Source: a bacterium (GTDB lineage Bacteria > Krumholzibacteriota > Krumholzibacteriia > LZORAL124-64-63). Taken from it: a stretch of DNA of 64,000 bases. The stretch spans positions 8,498-72,497 of the forward strand of contig JAIFKS010000010.1 of assembly GCA_020049465.1 (NCBI GenBank), read 5' to 3'. Below are positions 36,119 through 46,383 of this stretch, piece by piece. The notes beneath the pieces were generated by a model. The model saw only the letters and a list, made by a program, of their open reading frames with translations. It was not told where the DNA came from and searched no databases. The translations under genes were made by a program, and so were the position numbers. Each line of letters starts with the position of its first letter. Position 1 is the stretch's first letter.

Positions 36119-37324
36119 TCAGACCTTCAGCAGCAGCCGCTCGGGCTGCTCGACGCATTGCTTGATGTGCTTCAGGAACGTCACCGCTTCGCGGCCGTCG
36201 ACCAGGCGGTGGTCGTAGGTCAGGGCCACGTACATCATGGGGCGGATCACGACCTGCCCGTCCACCGCGACCGGACGGTCCTGGATGGCGTGCAGCCCCA
36301 GCACCCCGCTCTGCGGCGGGTTGATGATGGGCGTCGACAACAGCGAACCGTAGACGCCGCCGTTGCTGATGGTGAACGTGCCGCCCTGCAGCTCATCCAG
36401 GTCGATCCGGTTGGCCTGGGCGCGGCGACCGAAATCGGCGATGGTCTGTTCGAGTTCGCCGAAGCCCAGTCGCTCGGCGTTGCGGATGACCGGCACCACC
36501 AGGCCCTTGCCCCCGCCCACGGCGATGCCGATGTCGCAGTAGTCGTGGTAGACGAAGGCGTCGCCCTCGATGCGGGCGTTGATCTCCGGGACCAGCTGCA
36601 GCGCCTCGACGGCCGCCTTCACGAAGAAGCTCATGTAGCCCAGCTTCGCCCCGTAACGGGCCTGGAAGGCTTCCTGATGCTCGCCGCGCAGGGCTTTGGC
36701 CCGCGTCAGGTCGATCTCGTTGAACGTGGTCAGCAGCGCCGCGTTCTGCTGCGCCTGCACGAGCCGCTCGGCGATCCGGCGGCGGATGGGGCTCATGCGC
36801 ACGGTGCGCGTGGCGCGTTCGCCGGTGAACGCGGGCGGCGGCGCCACAGGCGTGGCGTTCGCGGCAGGCGCGGGTGTCGCGGTGGCAGCTGCCGGCGCCG
36901 CCGGCGCGGCCGCGGCGCGTTCCGCGTCCTCCTTGAGCACGCGCCCGCCGGGACCCGTGCCCGTCACCTGGTCGGCGGCGACGCCGCGCTCGGTCAGAAC
37001 GCGCTGCGCCGCAGGCATGACGCGCTGTCCGCCCGCCGGGGACGGAGGCGCGACCGGCGGCGGCGTCGCCGCGGCCTGCGCCGTCGCCGCGGTGTCGATC
37101 CGCGCGAGCACCTCGCCCACCTTCAGGACCGCCCCGACTTCGGCCACGATCTCGAGGATGACGCCGGCCGCCGGCGCCGGCACCTCGACCGTCGCCTTGT
37201 CCGACTCCAGTTCGATCAGGGGCTCGTCCAGCGCCACGCTCTCGCCCGGCTGCTTCAGCCAGGCCGAGACCTGCACTTCCTGGATGGACTCCCCGAGGGC
37301 GGGCACTTTCACGTCGACCGACAT
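36119..37324 (-). CDS. sucB: Dihydrolipoyllysine-residue succinyltransferase (2-oxoglutarate dehydrogenase E2)
   Basis: Lipoyl domain [45 protein letters not shown], Ala/Pro linker, catalytic domain with DHRLVDG. Confidence 0.9.
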   Translation of the reverse strand: MSVDVKVPALGESIQEVQVSAWLKQPGESVALDEPLIELESDKATVEVPAPAAGVILEIVAEVGAVLKVGEVLARIDTAATAQAAATPPPVAPPSPAGGQRVMPAAQRVLTERGVAADQVTGTGPGGRVLKEDAERAAAAPAAPAAATATPAPAANATPVAPPPAFTGERATRTVRMSPIRRRIAERLVQAQQNAALLTTFNEIDLTRAKALRGEHQEAFQARYGAKLGYMSFFVKAAVEALQLVPEINARIEGDAFVYHDYCDIGIAVGGGKGLVVPVIRNAERLGFGELEQTIADFGRRAQANRIDLDELQGGTFTISNGGVYGSLLSTPIINPPQSGVLGLHAIQDRPVAVDGQVVIRPMMYVALTYDHRLVDGREAVTFLKHIKQCVEQPERLLLKV

Positions 37325-37330
37325 GCGTCG

Positions 37331-40141
37331 TTACTCCTTGGTCCAGGCGCCCCAGGCGCCGGTGATCAGGCCCGCACCGGTGACCGGGCCGAACACCCGG
37401 TCCATCAGCAGGGCCAGTTCGATCTTGTGCGCGCCCGCCGAGCCGGTGGCCGGACTGGCCGCTTCGGGACGGCAGACACCCGCCAGGGGACGGCCCAGGA
37501 AACGCTCGCCGAAGCGGTAGCGCAGGTACGGCCACACGCCCATGTTGGCCGGTTCCTCCTGCACCCAGAGGAACTCGGTCCCGTCGCGGTAGCGGTCGAC
37601 CGCTTCGATCAGCGCGCTGGCCGGCAGCGGGTACGGCTGTTCGAGACGAACGATGGCGACATCGGGCCGACCGCGTCGCCGGCGCTCCTCGATCAGATCG
37701 TAGTAGATCTTGCCGCTGCACAACAGCACGCGCGCCACGCCCTGCGGATCGGGCGCGGCCGGATCGTCCAGCACCGGCCGGAAGGCGCCGCCCGTCAGAT
37801 CGTCCAGGTCCGACACGCAATCGGGATGCCGCAACAGGCTTTTGGGCGTCATGATCACCAGCGGCTTGCGCCAGTGGCGCCAGACCTGCCGGCGCAGCAG
37901 ATGGAACAGCTGGGCCGGCGTCGTCGGGTTGGCGATCTGGACGTTGTCCGCGGCGGCCAGGCTCAGGAAGCGCTCGAGGCGGGCGCTCGAATGCTCGGGC
38001 CCCATGCCTTCCATGCCGTGCGGCAGCATCAGCACCAGGCCCGACAGCATGCCCCACTTGGTCTCGCCGCTGGTGATGAACTGGTCGATGATGGGCTGCG
38101 CCACGTTGCAGAAGTCGCCGAACTGGGCTTCCCAGATGACCAGCGCCTCGGGATAGGTCAGGCTGTAGCCGTACTCGAAGCCCAGCACCGCGACTTCCGA
38201 CAGCGGGCTGTTGAGCGTCAGCACCGGCGCCTGTCCGGCCGCCAGATGCTGCAGCGAAGCATGCCGGGCGCCGTTGCCGGCGTCGTGCAGCACCGAATGC
38301 CGGTGGCTGAAGGTGCCGCGTTGGCTGTCCTGGCCGCTCAGGCGCACCGGATGGCCTTCCAGAGCCAGCGAACCGAAGGCCAGGCTCTCGGCGGCGGCCC
38401 AGTCCACCGGTTGCGCGCCATCGGCAACGGCCCGGCGCTGCTCCAGCAGGCGCTCGATCTTCCGGTGCGGCGTGAATCCCTCCGGCACGGAGGCGAGCGC
38501 CCGCAGGATCCCTTCCAGCCGCGCGCGGGCCACGCCCGTCAGCACCGGCGGACCGCCCGGCTCGAGGCCGCCCTGGTATTCCTTCCACACCGGTCCCAGC
38601 ACGCGCTTGCGTTCGACGCGGGGCGCGGCGCCGTTGCGGTGGTCGCGCACCTCGTCCAGGGTCTCCTGCAGGCGCTGCCTGCGGCTGACCGCCATCGCGT
38701 CGGCCATCTCCAGGGTGATGTGACCGGAGCGCGTGAGCCGGTCGAGATAGCCCGCCCGCACCGACGGCCGCCGGCGGATGGCCTCGTACATGACCGGCTG
38801 CGTGAAGGCGGGCTCGTCGGTCTCGTTGTGGCCGCGGCGCCGGAAGCAGTACATGTCGATGATCACGTCGCGGCGCCACTCGCGGCGGAAGTCGAGCGCC
38901 AGCCCGACGACCTGCGCCACCGCCTCGGGATCCTCGCCGTTCACGTGGAAGACCGGGGTCTGCAGCATCCTGGCCACATCGGTGCAATAGCGCGTGGATC
39001 GCGAATCGGCGGGATCGGTGGTGAAGCCGATCTGGTTGTTGATCACCACGTGCAGCGTACCGCCGCATTCGTAGCCGGCGAGCTGCGACAGGTTCAGCGT
39101 CTCCTGCGTGACGCCCTGGCCGATGAACGAGGCGTCGCCGTGGATCAGGATCGCCATCGACTTCTCGTAGCGCGTGTCGCCGACGCGGTCCTGGCGCGCG
39201 CGCACGCGGCCCAGCGCCACCGGTCCGACGAACTCCAGATGGCTGGGATTGAAGCACAGCGAAAGGTGCACCACGGCTCCCTGCTGCGTCGTCCAGTCCG
39301 AGTGGTGGCCGAGGTGGTACTTCACGTCGCCGAAGCCCAGGTACTGCTCGGCGTCGACATCCTCGAACTCGGCGAAGATCTTCCGCGGATTCTTGTCGAG
39401 GATGTTGGCCAGCACGTTCAGCCGCCCGCGGTGGGCCATGCCGATGACGATCTTGTCCAGCCCCTGCCGCCCCGCGTGCTCGATGGCCAGATCCAGCAGC
39501 GGGATGACGGTCTCGCCGCCCTCCAGGCTGAAGCGCTTGGCGCCGAGGTACTTGTTCTGGATGAACTCCTCGAAGATCTCGGCATCGATCAGGCGCTGCA
39601 GGATGCGGCGCTGCACCTCGGGCTCGATCTCGAGGCGGTTCCCGGTCGGCTCCATGCGCGCCTGCAGCCACTGGCGCACTTCGAGGTCGTCGATGTGCAT
39701 GTACTGCACGCCGATGAATCGCGAATAGGTCGCCTGCAGACGGCGCAGGATCTCGCGCAGCGGCAGCATGTCGCCGGGGCTGAGCGTACCCGCGGCGAAG
39801 ACACGGTCCAGATCGGCGTCGCCGAATCCGTAGTACTCCAGCGTCAACTCCGGCGGCGGCGCCGGCGGCTCGCCCAGGGGGTCCAGACGGGCGATGCCGT
39901 GGCCCCGCACCCGGTAGTTGCGCACCAGTTGGTCGACCTTGTTCTGGTCGGCCAGGGCGCGGTCCGCGGGATGGCCGGACGTCTGCCAGGCCGGCGAAGT
40001 GGGCGCGGCGCCGTCCTGCGCGGCGAACCAGTCGCGCCAGGCAGCCGGGACGCTGGCAGGGTCGGCCTGCCAGGAATGCCAGAGACGGTCGGCGTACGAC
40101 AGACTCAAAGTGTTGGGATCAGGTGAGTTATCCTGCGTCAT
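37331..40141 (-). CDS. sucA: 2-oxoglutarate dehydrogenase E1 component
   Basis: 936 aa. N-terminus MTQDNSPDPNTLSLSYADRLWHSW...; ThDP motifs (GDASF, HGR...GHNE); typical SucA length and order sucA-sucB-lpdA. Confidence 0.9.
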   Translation of the reverse strand: MTQDNSPDPNTLSLSYADRLWHSWQADPASVPAAWRDWFAAQDGAAPTSPAWQTSGHPADRALADQNKVDQLVRNYRVRGHGIARLDPLGEPPAPPPELTLEYYGFGDADLDRVFAAGTLSPGDMLPLREILRRLQATYSRFIGVQYMHIDDLEVRQWLQARMEPTGNRLEIEPEVQRRILQRLIDAEIFEEFIQNKYLGAKRFSLEGGETVIPLLDLAIEHAGRQGLDKIVIGMAHRGRLNVLANILDKNPRKIFAEFEDVDAEQYLGFGDVKYHLGHHSDWTTQQGAVVHLSLCFNPSHLEFVGPVALGRVRARQDRVGDTRYEKSMAILIHGDASFIGQGVTQETLNLSQLAGYECGGTLHVVINNQIGFTTDPADSRSTRYCTDVARMLQTPVFHVNGEDPEAVAQVVGLALDFRREWRRDVIIDMYCFRRRGHNETDEPAFTQPVMYEAIRRRPSVRAGYLDRLTRSGHITLEMADAMAVSRRQRLQETLDEVRDHRNGAAPRVERKRVLGPVWKEYQGGLEPGGPPVLTGVARARLEGILRALASVPEGFTPHRKIERLLEQRRAVADGAQPVDWAAAESLAFGSLALEGHPVRLSGQDSQRGTFSHRHSVLHDAGNGARHASLQHLAAGQAPVLTLNSPLSEVAVLGFEYGYSLTYPEALVIWEAQFGDFCNVAQPIIDQFITSGETKWGMLSGLVLMLPHGMEGMGPEHSSARLERFLSLAAADNVQIANPTTPAQLFHLLRRQVWRHWRKPLVIMTPKSLLRHPDCVSDLDDLTGGAFRPVLDDPAAPDPQGVARVLLCSGKIYYDLIEERRRRGRPDVAIVRLEQPYPLPASALIEAVDRYRDGTEFLWVQEEPANMGVWPYLRYRFGERFLGRPLAGVCRPEAASPATGSAGAHKIELALLMDRVFGPVTGAGLITGAWGAWTKE

Positions 40142-40495
40142 GGCCTTGGTCGCCCTCGGGAAGCACGTTCGGTTGCCAAGTGTCGGTCATTCGCCCGGCG
40201 TCAAAATGTACTTCTCTAGTCATGTATAAGCAACTCTATTGAAAACGATCGTCCCAGATCGGGATTTGCTCAACCATCTTCCGGGATCCATGGCAGAATC
40301 ACACCTCACACGCCGGTGACGGTGCACGACCAGAGTCTGGCCGCTGCCCAATGTGAAACCGTGATCGGCATCGGCTCGATCGAGGCGCACCAGCAGTGCG
40401 CCTTCGGCCAGAAGCAGCGATTACACATCTCGCGACTCATCAGCCGCGCGCACTTCCGCGACCTGCGATCCTGCGATCCGAGAATGCTGGAATCA

Positions 40496-40625
40496 AAGCA
40501 CCATCCTCTGTCCGAAGCCCACACGCCTGGCGCCCATTTCCGCCGTCTGGTCCATGTCCGGCCAGCCAGCGCCGGCGGCGGGCTGGTCAAACCTGAACGC
40601 GAGTTGCGGCGGCGAGCGCGATGAC
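40496..40625 (-). mobile_element. Remnant of the 3' end (~43 codons) of an IS91-like (Y2/rolling-circle) transposase gene
   Basis: Translates to RSPPQLAFRFDQPAAGAGWPDMDQTAEMGARRVGFGQRMVL*. Nucleotide-level ~80% identical to 62506-62620 (RSPPQLAFGFDQTVAGTDWPEMDQTAEAGDGWE*). Abuts the stop of the gene at 40642. Confidence 0.4.
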
Positions 40626-40641
40626 AACACCCGCAGGCCGC

Positions 40642-42021
40642 TCACCGGGCGCCTTCCGCCACCAACCGCGCCAGCGCCGCCTCGTTGATCCGCTCGCCGT
40701 ACTGCCGCCGCAGCCCGTCGAACGCCAGGCGCAGGCGGCGTTCACACTCGCCATCGAACCACGCGCGATCGACCGCGGCGCGCGCCTCGTCGAAGGGTCG
40801 CGGGCGCCGCGCGGACGCCTCCAGCACCAGCGCCACGCGCCAGGTGGAGGCCTCCAGCGAGTCGGGCCCCACCACCCCGCGCGGACCGGCCGCCACGGAC
40901 CGTTCGGTCAAGGCGCGGTCGCCCCGCTCGTCGATCAGGTCGGGAACCCGCTCCGGCAGCGCGCGGTCGTGCGCTGCCAGGCTGTCGGCCCCCGCGCGCG
41001 TGCGCAGCCGCTCGGCCAGGTTATCCGCATCTTCGCGCGAGGACAGGTGCCGCCGCACGATCTCCGCACGGGCCGGCAGGTCCCAGCGCGACGGGTCACG
41101 GTCATACTCGCGGCGCAGCGTCAGCGAGTCCCGCGGCACCTGGGAGAACACGTGCCGCACGGCCCAGGCCGTGGCGACGAACCCCTCGGCCTGGTCCCTC
41201 AACCGCCGCGCATCGTCAGGCCGGACCGGCGCGCCGGCCGGGCGCGCCCGCGCCCGCAGCAGCCTCTGGTACAGGGCCGTGCCGATGAAGTCCCTGACCT
41301 GCCGCGCATCCGCCAGGTGCGGCCGGTCGAGCGTGCGCAGCAGCCGCCACTCCCTCAACAGGTCTCGGATCAGGAACGGGCTTCCCGCATACGTGGCGAT
41401 GACCGCGTCGGAGTCCGCGGCCGCTATCGCAGGGAAGCGCGTCAGCTTTCGCGCGCGCTGCACCAGGTCGTCGTCGGCCGACGGCGCCGGCAAGGCGGCG
41501 AACGCTTCGGCCAGGCGCCCCACTACGGCGTCGTCCCAGGCCGGCGTGTCGCGGGCCAGTTCGAGGTCGCGCATCGCGGCCCCCAGCACGGCCGGATGGG
41601 TCACCGTGTCGCCCAGCGCCGCGCGGCGTGCGCGCTCGACCGTGTACGCCGAGTCCAGAGCGGCCTCAAAGGCGAGTTGAAGCCCCAGCCCGCGGTGCTG
41701 CGCGCTGTCCTGGGGCGTCCACGCCGGCGCTTCGGCCGCGGTGGCCAGGCGCAGCGCGCGCCGGTCCAGTTGCGTGCCGAGCAGTTCGCGCACCTGCGCC
41801 GGGGACAGTTCGCTTTCGGCAAGCCCACGCCGCCGCGCCGCGGCCCGCAGATCCGCGACCGTGACGCGCTCGACAAGCGCACCATCGGCCAGCTGGGCGA
41901 CCACCGTGTCCGGCAGGTCGACGGCCTCGGTCCCGGCGCGCGCCGGGGTCGACGCGGCAGCCAGAAAGGTGACCGCCAGCAGGCCCAGGCTCAGTTCCGC
42001 CGTTGTCGCCGTCCAGCGCAT
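40642..42021 (-). CDS. Hypothetical secreted/periplasmic protein
   Basis: ATG 42021 with AAAGGGACGGGAG SD; signal peptide MRWTATTAELSLGLLAVTFLAAASTPARA. Helical Arg/Ala/Leu-rich with no recognisable motif. Track N-terminus (to 42102) trimmed. Confidence 0.5.
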   Translation of the reverse strand: MRWTATTAELSLGLLAVTFLAAASTPARAGTEAVDLPDTVVAQLADGALVERVTVADLRAAARRRGLAESELSPAQVRELLGTQLDRRALRLATAAEAPAWTPQDSAQHRGLGLQLAFEAALDSAYTVERARRAALGDTVTHPAVLGAAMRDLELARDTPAWDDAVVGRLAEAFAALPAPSADDDLVQRARKLTRFPAIAAADSDAVIATYAGSPFLIRDLLREWRLLRTLDRPHLADARQVRDFIGTALYQRLLRARARPAGAPVRPDDARRLRDQAEGFVATAWAVRHVFSQVPRDSLTLRREYDRDPSRWDLPARAEIVRRHLSSREDADNLAERLRTRAGADSLAAHDRALPERVPDLIDERGDRALTERSVAAGPRGVVGPDSLEASTWRVALVLEASARRPRPFDEARAAVDRAWFDGECERRLRLAFDGLRRQYGERINEAALARLVAEGAR

Positions 42022-42147
42022 GCTCCCGTCCCTTTCCCGTGGATTCGTGGGCCGGAAGCGCGCAAGCGCGCACGCCCTGATGGCACGCCGGCCGGCCCCC
42101 AACCCGGGAACCGGCCGCGCGCCGCGAACACTCTACTGCGGAATCGC

Positions 42148-42894
42148 CTACCGGAACTCGGCCTTGAGCGAACCCCAGCTCTGCGACTCGGTCGGCACGG
42201 CCGACTGCGTCGTCTCCAGCTTGTAATGCGGGTTGCTGTAGGTCTGGCCCGTGATCAGGTACCAGCCCCCAGCCAGCGTGGCATTGCTCGCATAGAACTC
42301 GTTGTTGGTCGAGCCCACGGCCGGGGCGTTCGCGTAGCTCAGCACCGTGCCCATGCGGCTGGCGCCCACGACGTTGCTCAGCTGCTGCGTGACCAGCAGG
42401 TCGATCGTCGGGAGGGTGATCATCACGACGTTGTTGATGTCCGTCGTGGTGTAGATCGAGTAGAAGCCCTGGGCCAGCGCACCCAGGCTGGCGGAGAAGC
42501 CGCCGATATAGGCGCCGGCATTGGTCAGGTCGTAGAAGCGGATCGTCTCGGTGGCCGAGACCAGCGCCCCTGTCGACGTACCGGAGCAGAACACCGCGAA
42601 CTTCATCGCACTGACATCCTCGCCGACGCCGCCGGCCAGCATCAGCTGGTCGCCGTAGATCGCGTTGAGGTCGGTGGTCGAGGAAGCCGCGGAAACGGTC
42701 TGGTTGGTCGAATCGTAGACGACGTTCGGCACCACGACGCTCAAAGCGCTGTTGGCGCCGCTCAGGCTGATTACCGGCTGGTTCTGGAGGCCCAGCACGG
42801 GCTCGCCGTTCTCGACAGCCGCCACGGGGCCGGCCAGCAGCGCAACCGCCAGCGCCGCGCAGGTCATACGGGACACGTTCGCAATCATGTTCAT
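42148..42894 (-). CDS. Secreted Ser/Thr/Asn/Gly-rich beta-rich protein of unknown function
   Basis: ATG 42894 with AGGAG 9 nt upstream; signal peptide MNMIANVSRMTCAALAVALLAGPVAAVEN. Composition differs from its neighbours (S/T/N/Y rich, slightly lower GC). Confidence 0.5.
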   Translation of the reverse strand: MNMIANVSRMTCAALAVALLAGPVAAVENGEPVLGLQNQPVISLSGANSALSVVVPNVVYDSTNQTVSAASSTTDLNAIYGDQLMLAGGVGEDVSAMKFAVFCSGTSTGALVSATETIRFYDLTNAGAYIGGFSASLGALAQGFYSIYTTTDINNVVMITLPTIDLLVTQQLSNVVGASRMGTVLSYANAPAVGSTNNEFYASNATLAGGWYLITGQTYSNPHYKLETTQSAVPTESQSWGSLKAEFR

Positions 42895-43101
42895 GGGAAT
42901 TTCTCCTGAGTTGCTGGCCTGTATGTTGGATTCCTGCACGCCGGATCGGAAACAAAAACGGCGGCGCGCGCCGCTTCCATGCCCCGAGATCGTGCTCATC
43001 CCCCTCGGCACGACTCTACTCCGAATGCGGATGACAAGTCAATATCGAACATCTCCGGTATCGGGCGACATTCCGGTGCGCCGGCTTGCGCGTGGCAGAA
43101 G

Positions 43102-43149
43102 TTGCGCCGGCGCAGATATCGCGCATGCGTGACACTTGCGCCGGCGCAA
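43102..43149. repeat. Pair of 14-bp palindromes TTGCGCCGGCGCAg (43102-43115) and TTGCGCCGGCGCAA (43136-43149)
   Basis: Read directly. Lies in the 600-bp divergent intergenic region together with three TCAATAT(T/C)G motifs (43042, 43277, 43416). Confidence 0.9.
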
Positions 43150-43493
43150 GTGTCAGAGAACCGCGGTCGGCAGGTGATTGCGATCAGGGGAGGCGTCGGG
43201 ATGTCCGCGGCGGTTCAGATCGGTCCGAGCCGGAAAATGGCGCGCATCTCCGGTAACCTTCCGTTCGGGCTCCAAGTCAATATTGGCGAGGCCGGCCGGA
43301 GCCAAGGCACCCGCCCGACGCCTGGTCCATCTCAGGCTGGTCGAAACCGGCGCTGATCTGGCGCCCCGCGCGATGGCGCAGCAGGAACGATCCCTCAACC
43401 ACCGTGCTGACCCTTCAATATTGACAGGCCACTATCAACAATGAGAAACTCCAGGCAGGCGCACCACATCGCCGACGCCATGAGAGGTCAACC

Positions 43494-44822
43494 ATGCTCT
43501 CGATGAAGTTCGCTGCGATTCCGTTGCTGTTCGTGATCGCCTGTCTCGGCGGCTGCGGCAACGACGACGGCGGCACGCTCAGGCCATCGGCGACCTACAC
43601 GATCGGCGGACAGCTCTCCGGTCTCGGGAGCGGCGCCAGCGTCACGCTCCGGAACAATGGAGCCGATGACCTGACGCTCACCGCGAACGGGAATTTCACA
43701 TTCGGCGTCGCCATCGCGGACGGGTCCACCTATGACGTCACCGTGCTGGCGTCGCCCGCCGGGCATGGCTGCACCGTGACCCATGGAGCGGGCACGGTCC
43801 AGTCGGCGAATGTCTCCGACGTTGCGGTCTCCTGCACCTTGACGCCGCGGGGCATCTTCTCGCCGGCGGCAAGCCTCAGCACGGCGCGCGCCGGGCACAG
43901 CGCCACCCGGGTGGCCGATGGCAAGGTTCTGGTGGTGGGCGGATACGGTGCCGCGGCCGTGAGCGCCGAGTTGTACGACCCGGGAACGAACTCCTGGTCT
44001 CCCGCGGCGAATCTCATCACGCCGCGGGGCTATCACTCCGCCACGTTGCTGGACAACGGACTGGTGCTGGTGGCGGGCGGCGGGAATGACGGCATCGGCG
44101 GCTTCTACACAACAAGCGCGGAATTGTACGACCCGGGCAACAACACCTGGTCCCCGGCCGGGAACATGATCAGTTCGCACGGCGCCCATCCCGCCACGCT
44201 GCTGCAGAACGGCAAGGTGCTGGTCATGGGAGGCCAGGGCGGTGGCGCCGGGTTCGCCGAGATCTACGACCCCGTCACCAACGCCTGGTCGCAGGCGGGC
44301 ACGCCGGCGGCGGCGCGCGTCGGTCATACCGCGACCTTGCTCGCCGGCGGGATGGTCCTGGTGGCGGGCGGTTGGTATGGCGGCCCGCTCGTAAGCGCCG
44401 AACTCTACGACCCGCACACCAACTCCTGGTCCCCGGCCGGCAACCTCACGCTGGCCCACTATGACCACACCGCCAGCCTGCTCTCCACCGGCAAAGTCCT
44501 CGTCGCCGGGGGCTGGTACAACGCGAGCGCCACCGCGAATGCCGAACTCTACGACCCGGGCACCAATGCGTGGGCTCCGGCGACGAACATGGCGACCGGG
44601 CTGGTTCTTCACTCCGCGACGGTGCTCGCCGACGGCAGGGTCCTGATGGTGGGGGGCTTGGCGGAGATCTACGACGTGGACGCCGGCACCTGGTCCATGA
44701 CGGGAATCCCACTGGTCGGACGCATGTACCATACGACGACCCTGCTGGCCGACACGAAGGTGCTGGTGGTCGGCGGCGACGGCGGCGGTGTCGTGCAGGA
44801 GAGCGCCGAATTGTACTGGTGA
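43494..44822 (+). CDS. Kelch-repeat beta-propeller lipoprotein
   Basis: Lipobox LLFVIACLGGCGN, then six or more repeats of AELYDPGTNSWSPAANL...HSATLL.NGKVLVAGG. Confidence 0.8.
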   Translation: MLSMKFAAIPLLFVIACLGGCGNDDGGTLRPSATYTIGGQLSGLGSGASVTLRNNGADDLTLTANGNFTFGVAIADGSTYDVTVLASPAGHGCTVTHGAGTVQSANVSDVAVSCTLTPRGIFSPAASLSTARAGHSATRVADGKVLVVGGYGAAAVSAELYDPGTNSWSPAANLITPRGYHSATLLDNGLVLVAGGGNDGIGGFYTTSAELYDPGNNTWSPAGNMISSHGAHPATLLQNGKVLVMGGQGGGAGFAEIYDPVTNAWSQAGTPAAARVGHTATLLAGGMVLVAGGWYGGPLVSAELYDPHTNSWSPAGNLTLAHYDHTASLLSTGKVLVAGGWYNASATANAELYDPGTNAWAPATNMATGLVLHSATVLADGRVLMVGGLAEIYDVDAGTWSMTGIPLVGRMYHTTTLLADTKVLVVGGDGGGVVQESAELYW

Positions 44823-44827
44823 ACCAG

Positions 44828-46042
44828 TCACTTCGGAAGCGCGGAGGAGATGAAGCTCCACTCATCCACGAATTCCTGCGAGGGAATATATCCGGCGAGG
44901 AAAGACACCATTTCGACCAGCGCCGGTCCGGGCTCACCCTGGAAATCAAGCGATGGAATCAGATCGCAGACTCCCCCGGATTGGAAGGTGCGTCGAAACA
45001 CCAGTAGTGCCTCTTCATTCTCGGATTGCTGTCTCGGATCGAATCTGTCTTTGAGTCGACGAATAATCCGGTTCTGCAGAAAACCGATCGCGAACTCGCT
45101 GAGGATCACATCGGTCCGGCCATCCTGATACTGCCGGGGATTGGTTGCCACACGAGAGTAGTCCGGAGAATTCAGGCTGCGCAGCGTATCCTTCAATCCG
45201 GAAACGTCCCTCTCCAGACCCAGTTCATGTGCCTTCGCCAGAATAAGGTCGGAGACTCGCGCCAGTTTCATTCCCCCGGGAACCCAGCCCCGGGCAGAAT
45301 CGGGATCCTGCAGGGAAAACTCTTCAAGCGCCTGACCATACTGATATGCGGTTCTTGCGACCAGGAGCCGGGTCATGACGATCTCATCCAACCGCTCAGG
45401 CTGGATATCACCCAGAACGCCCGCTTCATCCAGATAGCTCAACTGGGCTCTTGTTGCTCCAAAGACACCGGCGCCTTCCTTGGCCACTGCCTGCGCCCAT
45501 AGCACCTGGGAGAGCCACTCAGTCCCGGCGCGATCGGCATGCGGCAGGGAAGAGTACATCTCCGGAGCTAGAATCTTTGAAAGCTGATTAACGGGGGAAA
45601 GATCTCCAGCAGCCAAAGTCCGGCTCTCGGGGAACAATCGCACCACCGCGATCTCATTCCTCTGGACATCGAATGCCGCAAGAGCATCCGCCCCCATCCA
45701 ATCCAGGTGCTCATCGGGATAAATGGCCAGCGATGCCGCCAAATCATCGACTGCCGGCACTCTTAAGACACCATCAGTCCCGGCGGCAGCGCTGCTCCAG
45801 TCAAACTCGCCGGCCAGCCCGGGATGCCGTTCAACGAGGGCGCGATACTCGGCTATCTCAACCTCCGGCCCCCCATCATCGGGCCGAAGACCGGATTCTC
45901 TTCCGGAGTCGGGCAAGGAGGACTGGCTTCTTGCGCTCAAATCGTCGGAGCCGACAGCAATCTCCCGGGGAGTCAACGCAGTTCCGTTGATGCCAAGCGC
46001 GAACGACAGAGCAGAAACTGTGTTGAGGGACAGGAAATTCAA
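44828..46042 (-). CDS. Hypothetical protein, lower GC (~55%) than surroundings
   Basis: 404-aa ORF from TTG 46042 with GGTGGG SD. Balanced composition (many K/E/I/F/Y/Q), no known motif. Confidence 0.5.
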   Translation of the reverse strand: MNFLSLNTVSALSFALGINGTALTPREIAVGSDDLSARSQSSLPDSGRESGLRPDDGGPEVEIAEYRALVERHPGLAGEFDWSSAAAGTDGVLRVPAVDDLAASLAIYPDEHLDWMGADALAAFDVQRNEIAVVRLFPESRTLAAGDLSPVNQLSKILAPEMYSSLPHADRAGTEWLSQVLWAQAVAKEGAGVFGATRAQLSYLDEAGVLGDIQPERLDEIVMTRLLVARTAYQYGQALEEFSLQDPDSARGWVPGGMKLARVSDLILAKAHELGLERDVSGLKDTLRSLNSPDYSRVATNPRQYQDGRTDVILSEFAIGFLQNRIIRRLKDRFDPRQQSENEEALLVFRRTFQSGGVCDLIPSLDFQGEPGPALVEMVSFLAGYIPSQEFVDEWSFISSALPK

Positions 46043-46090
46043 CCCACCATTCCCCTCGCCGCACTCACGAAATGCGCCATGACTGCCCCC

Positions 46091-46133
46091 GAGTATCCCC
46101 CACCCCCACCTCGAAAGTCAATCGCCCCGCCCC
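46091..46133 (-). promoter_or_regulatory. Conserved promoter-like element, - strand: CGATTGACTT-N-GGGGATACT (sigma70-like -35 TTGACT / -10 GATACT); copy 1 of 2
   Basis: ~80% identical over ~45 bp to 53938-53981. Sits ~45 nt upstream of the TTG start at 46042. Confidence 0.45.
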
Positions 46134-46203
46134 GCGCCAACACGCCGGGCCGCTGCTTCCGCACCGCCTTGCGGCAGTGGGGGGCGGTGGTGAAGGTCGC
46201 GAC

Positions 46204-46217
46204 TTGCGCCGGCGCAA
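46204..46217. repeat. 14-bp palindrome TTGCGCCGGCGCAA, with degenerate copy ttgGCGCCGGCGa at 46235-46247
   Basis: Read directly; ~70 bp upstream of the -35 of the promoter-like element at 46091-46133. Confidence 0.9.
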
Positions 46218-46383
46218 CGATCAAGGGTGCGAGGATTGGCGCCGGCGACCCAGTCCGGCCGGCACCATCGCGGACCAGGGATGCGGCACACGCCTGCCAT
46301 CGAATCATGATGTCAATGATTCGGCCGCCAATGCTCCTCTGGCTTGGCGGCCGAATCGGAAGAACCCGCCGAATGACGTCGAT

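Noticed and set aside
36158-40126. 1322-aa + ORF and 1092-aa - ORF (36393..39671) over sucA and sucB
   Set aside because: Antisense or out-of-frame to the unmistakable sucB and sucA products; translations are Arg/Gly/His-rich.
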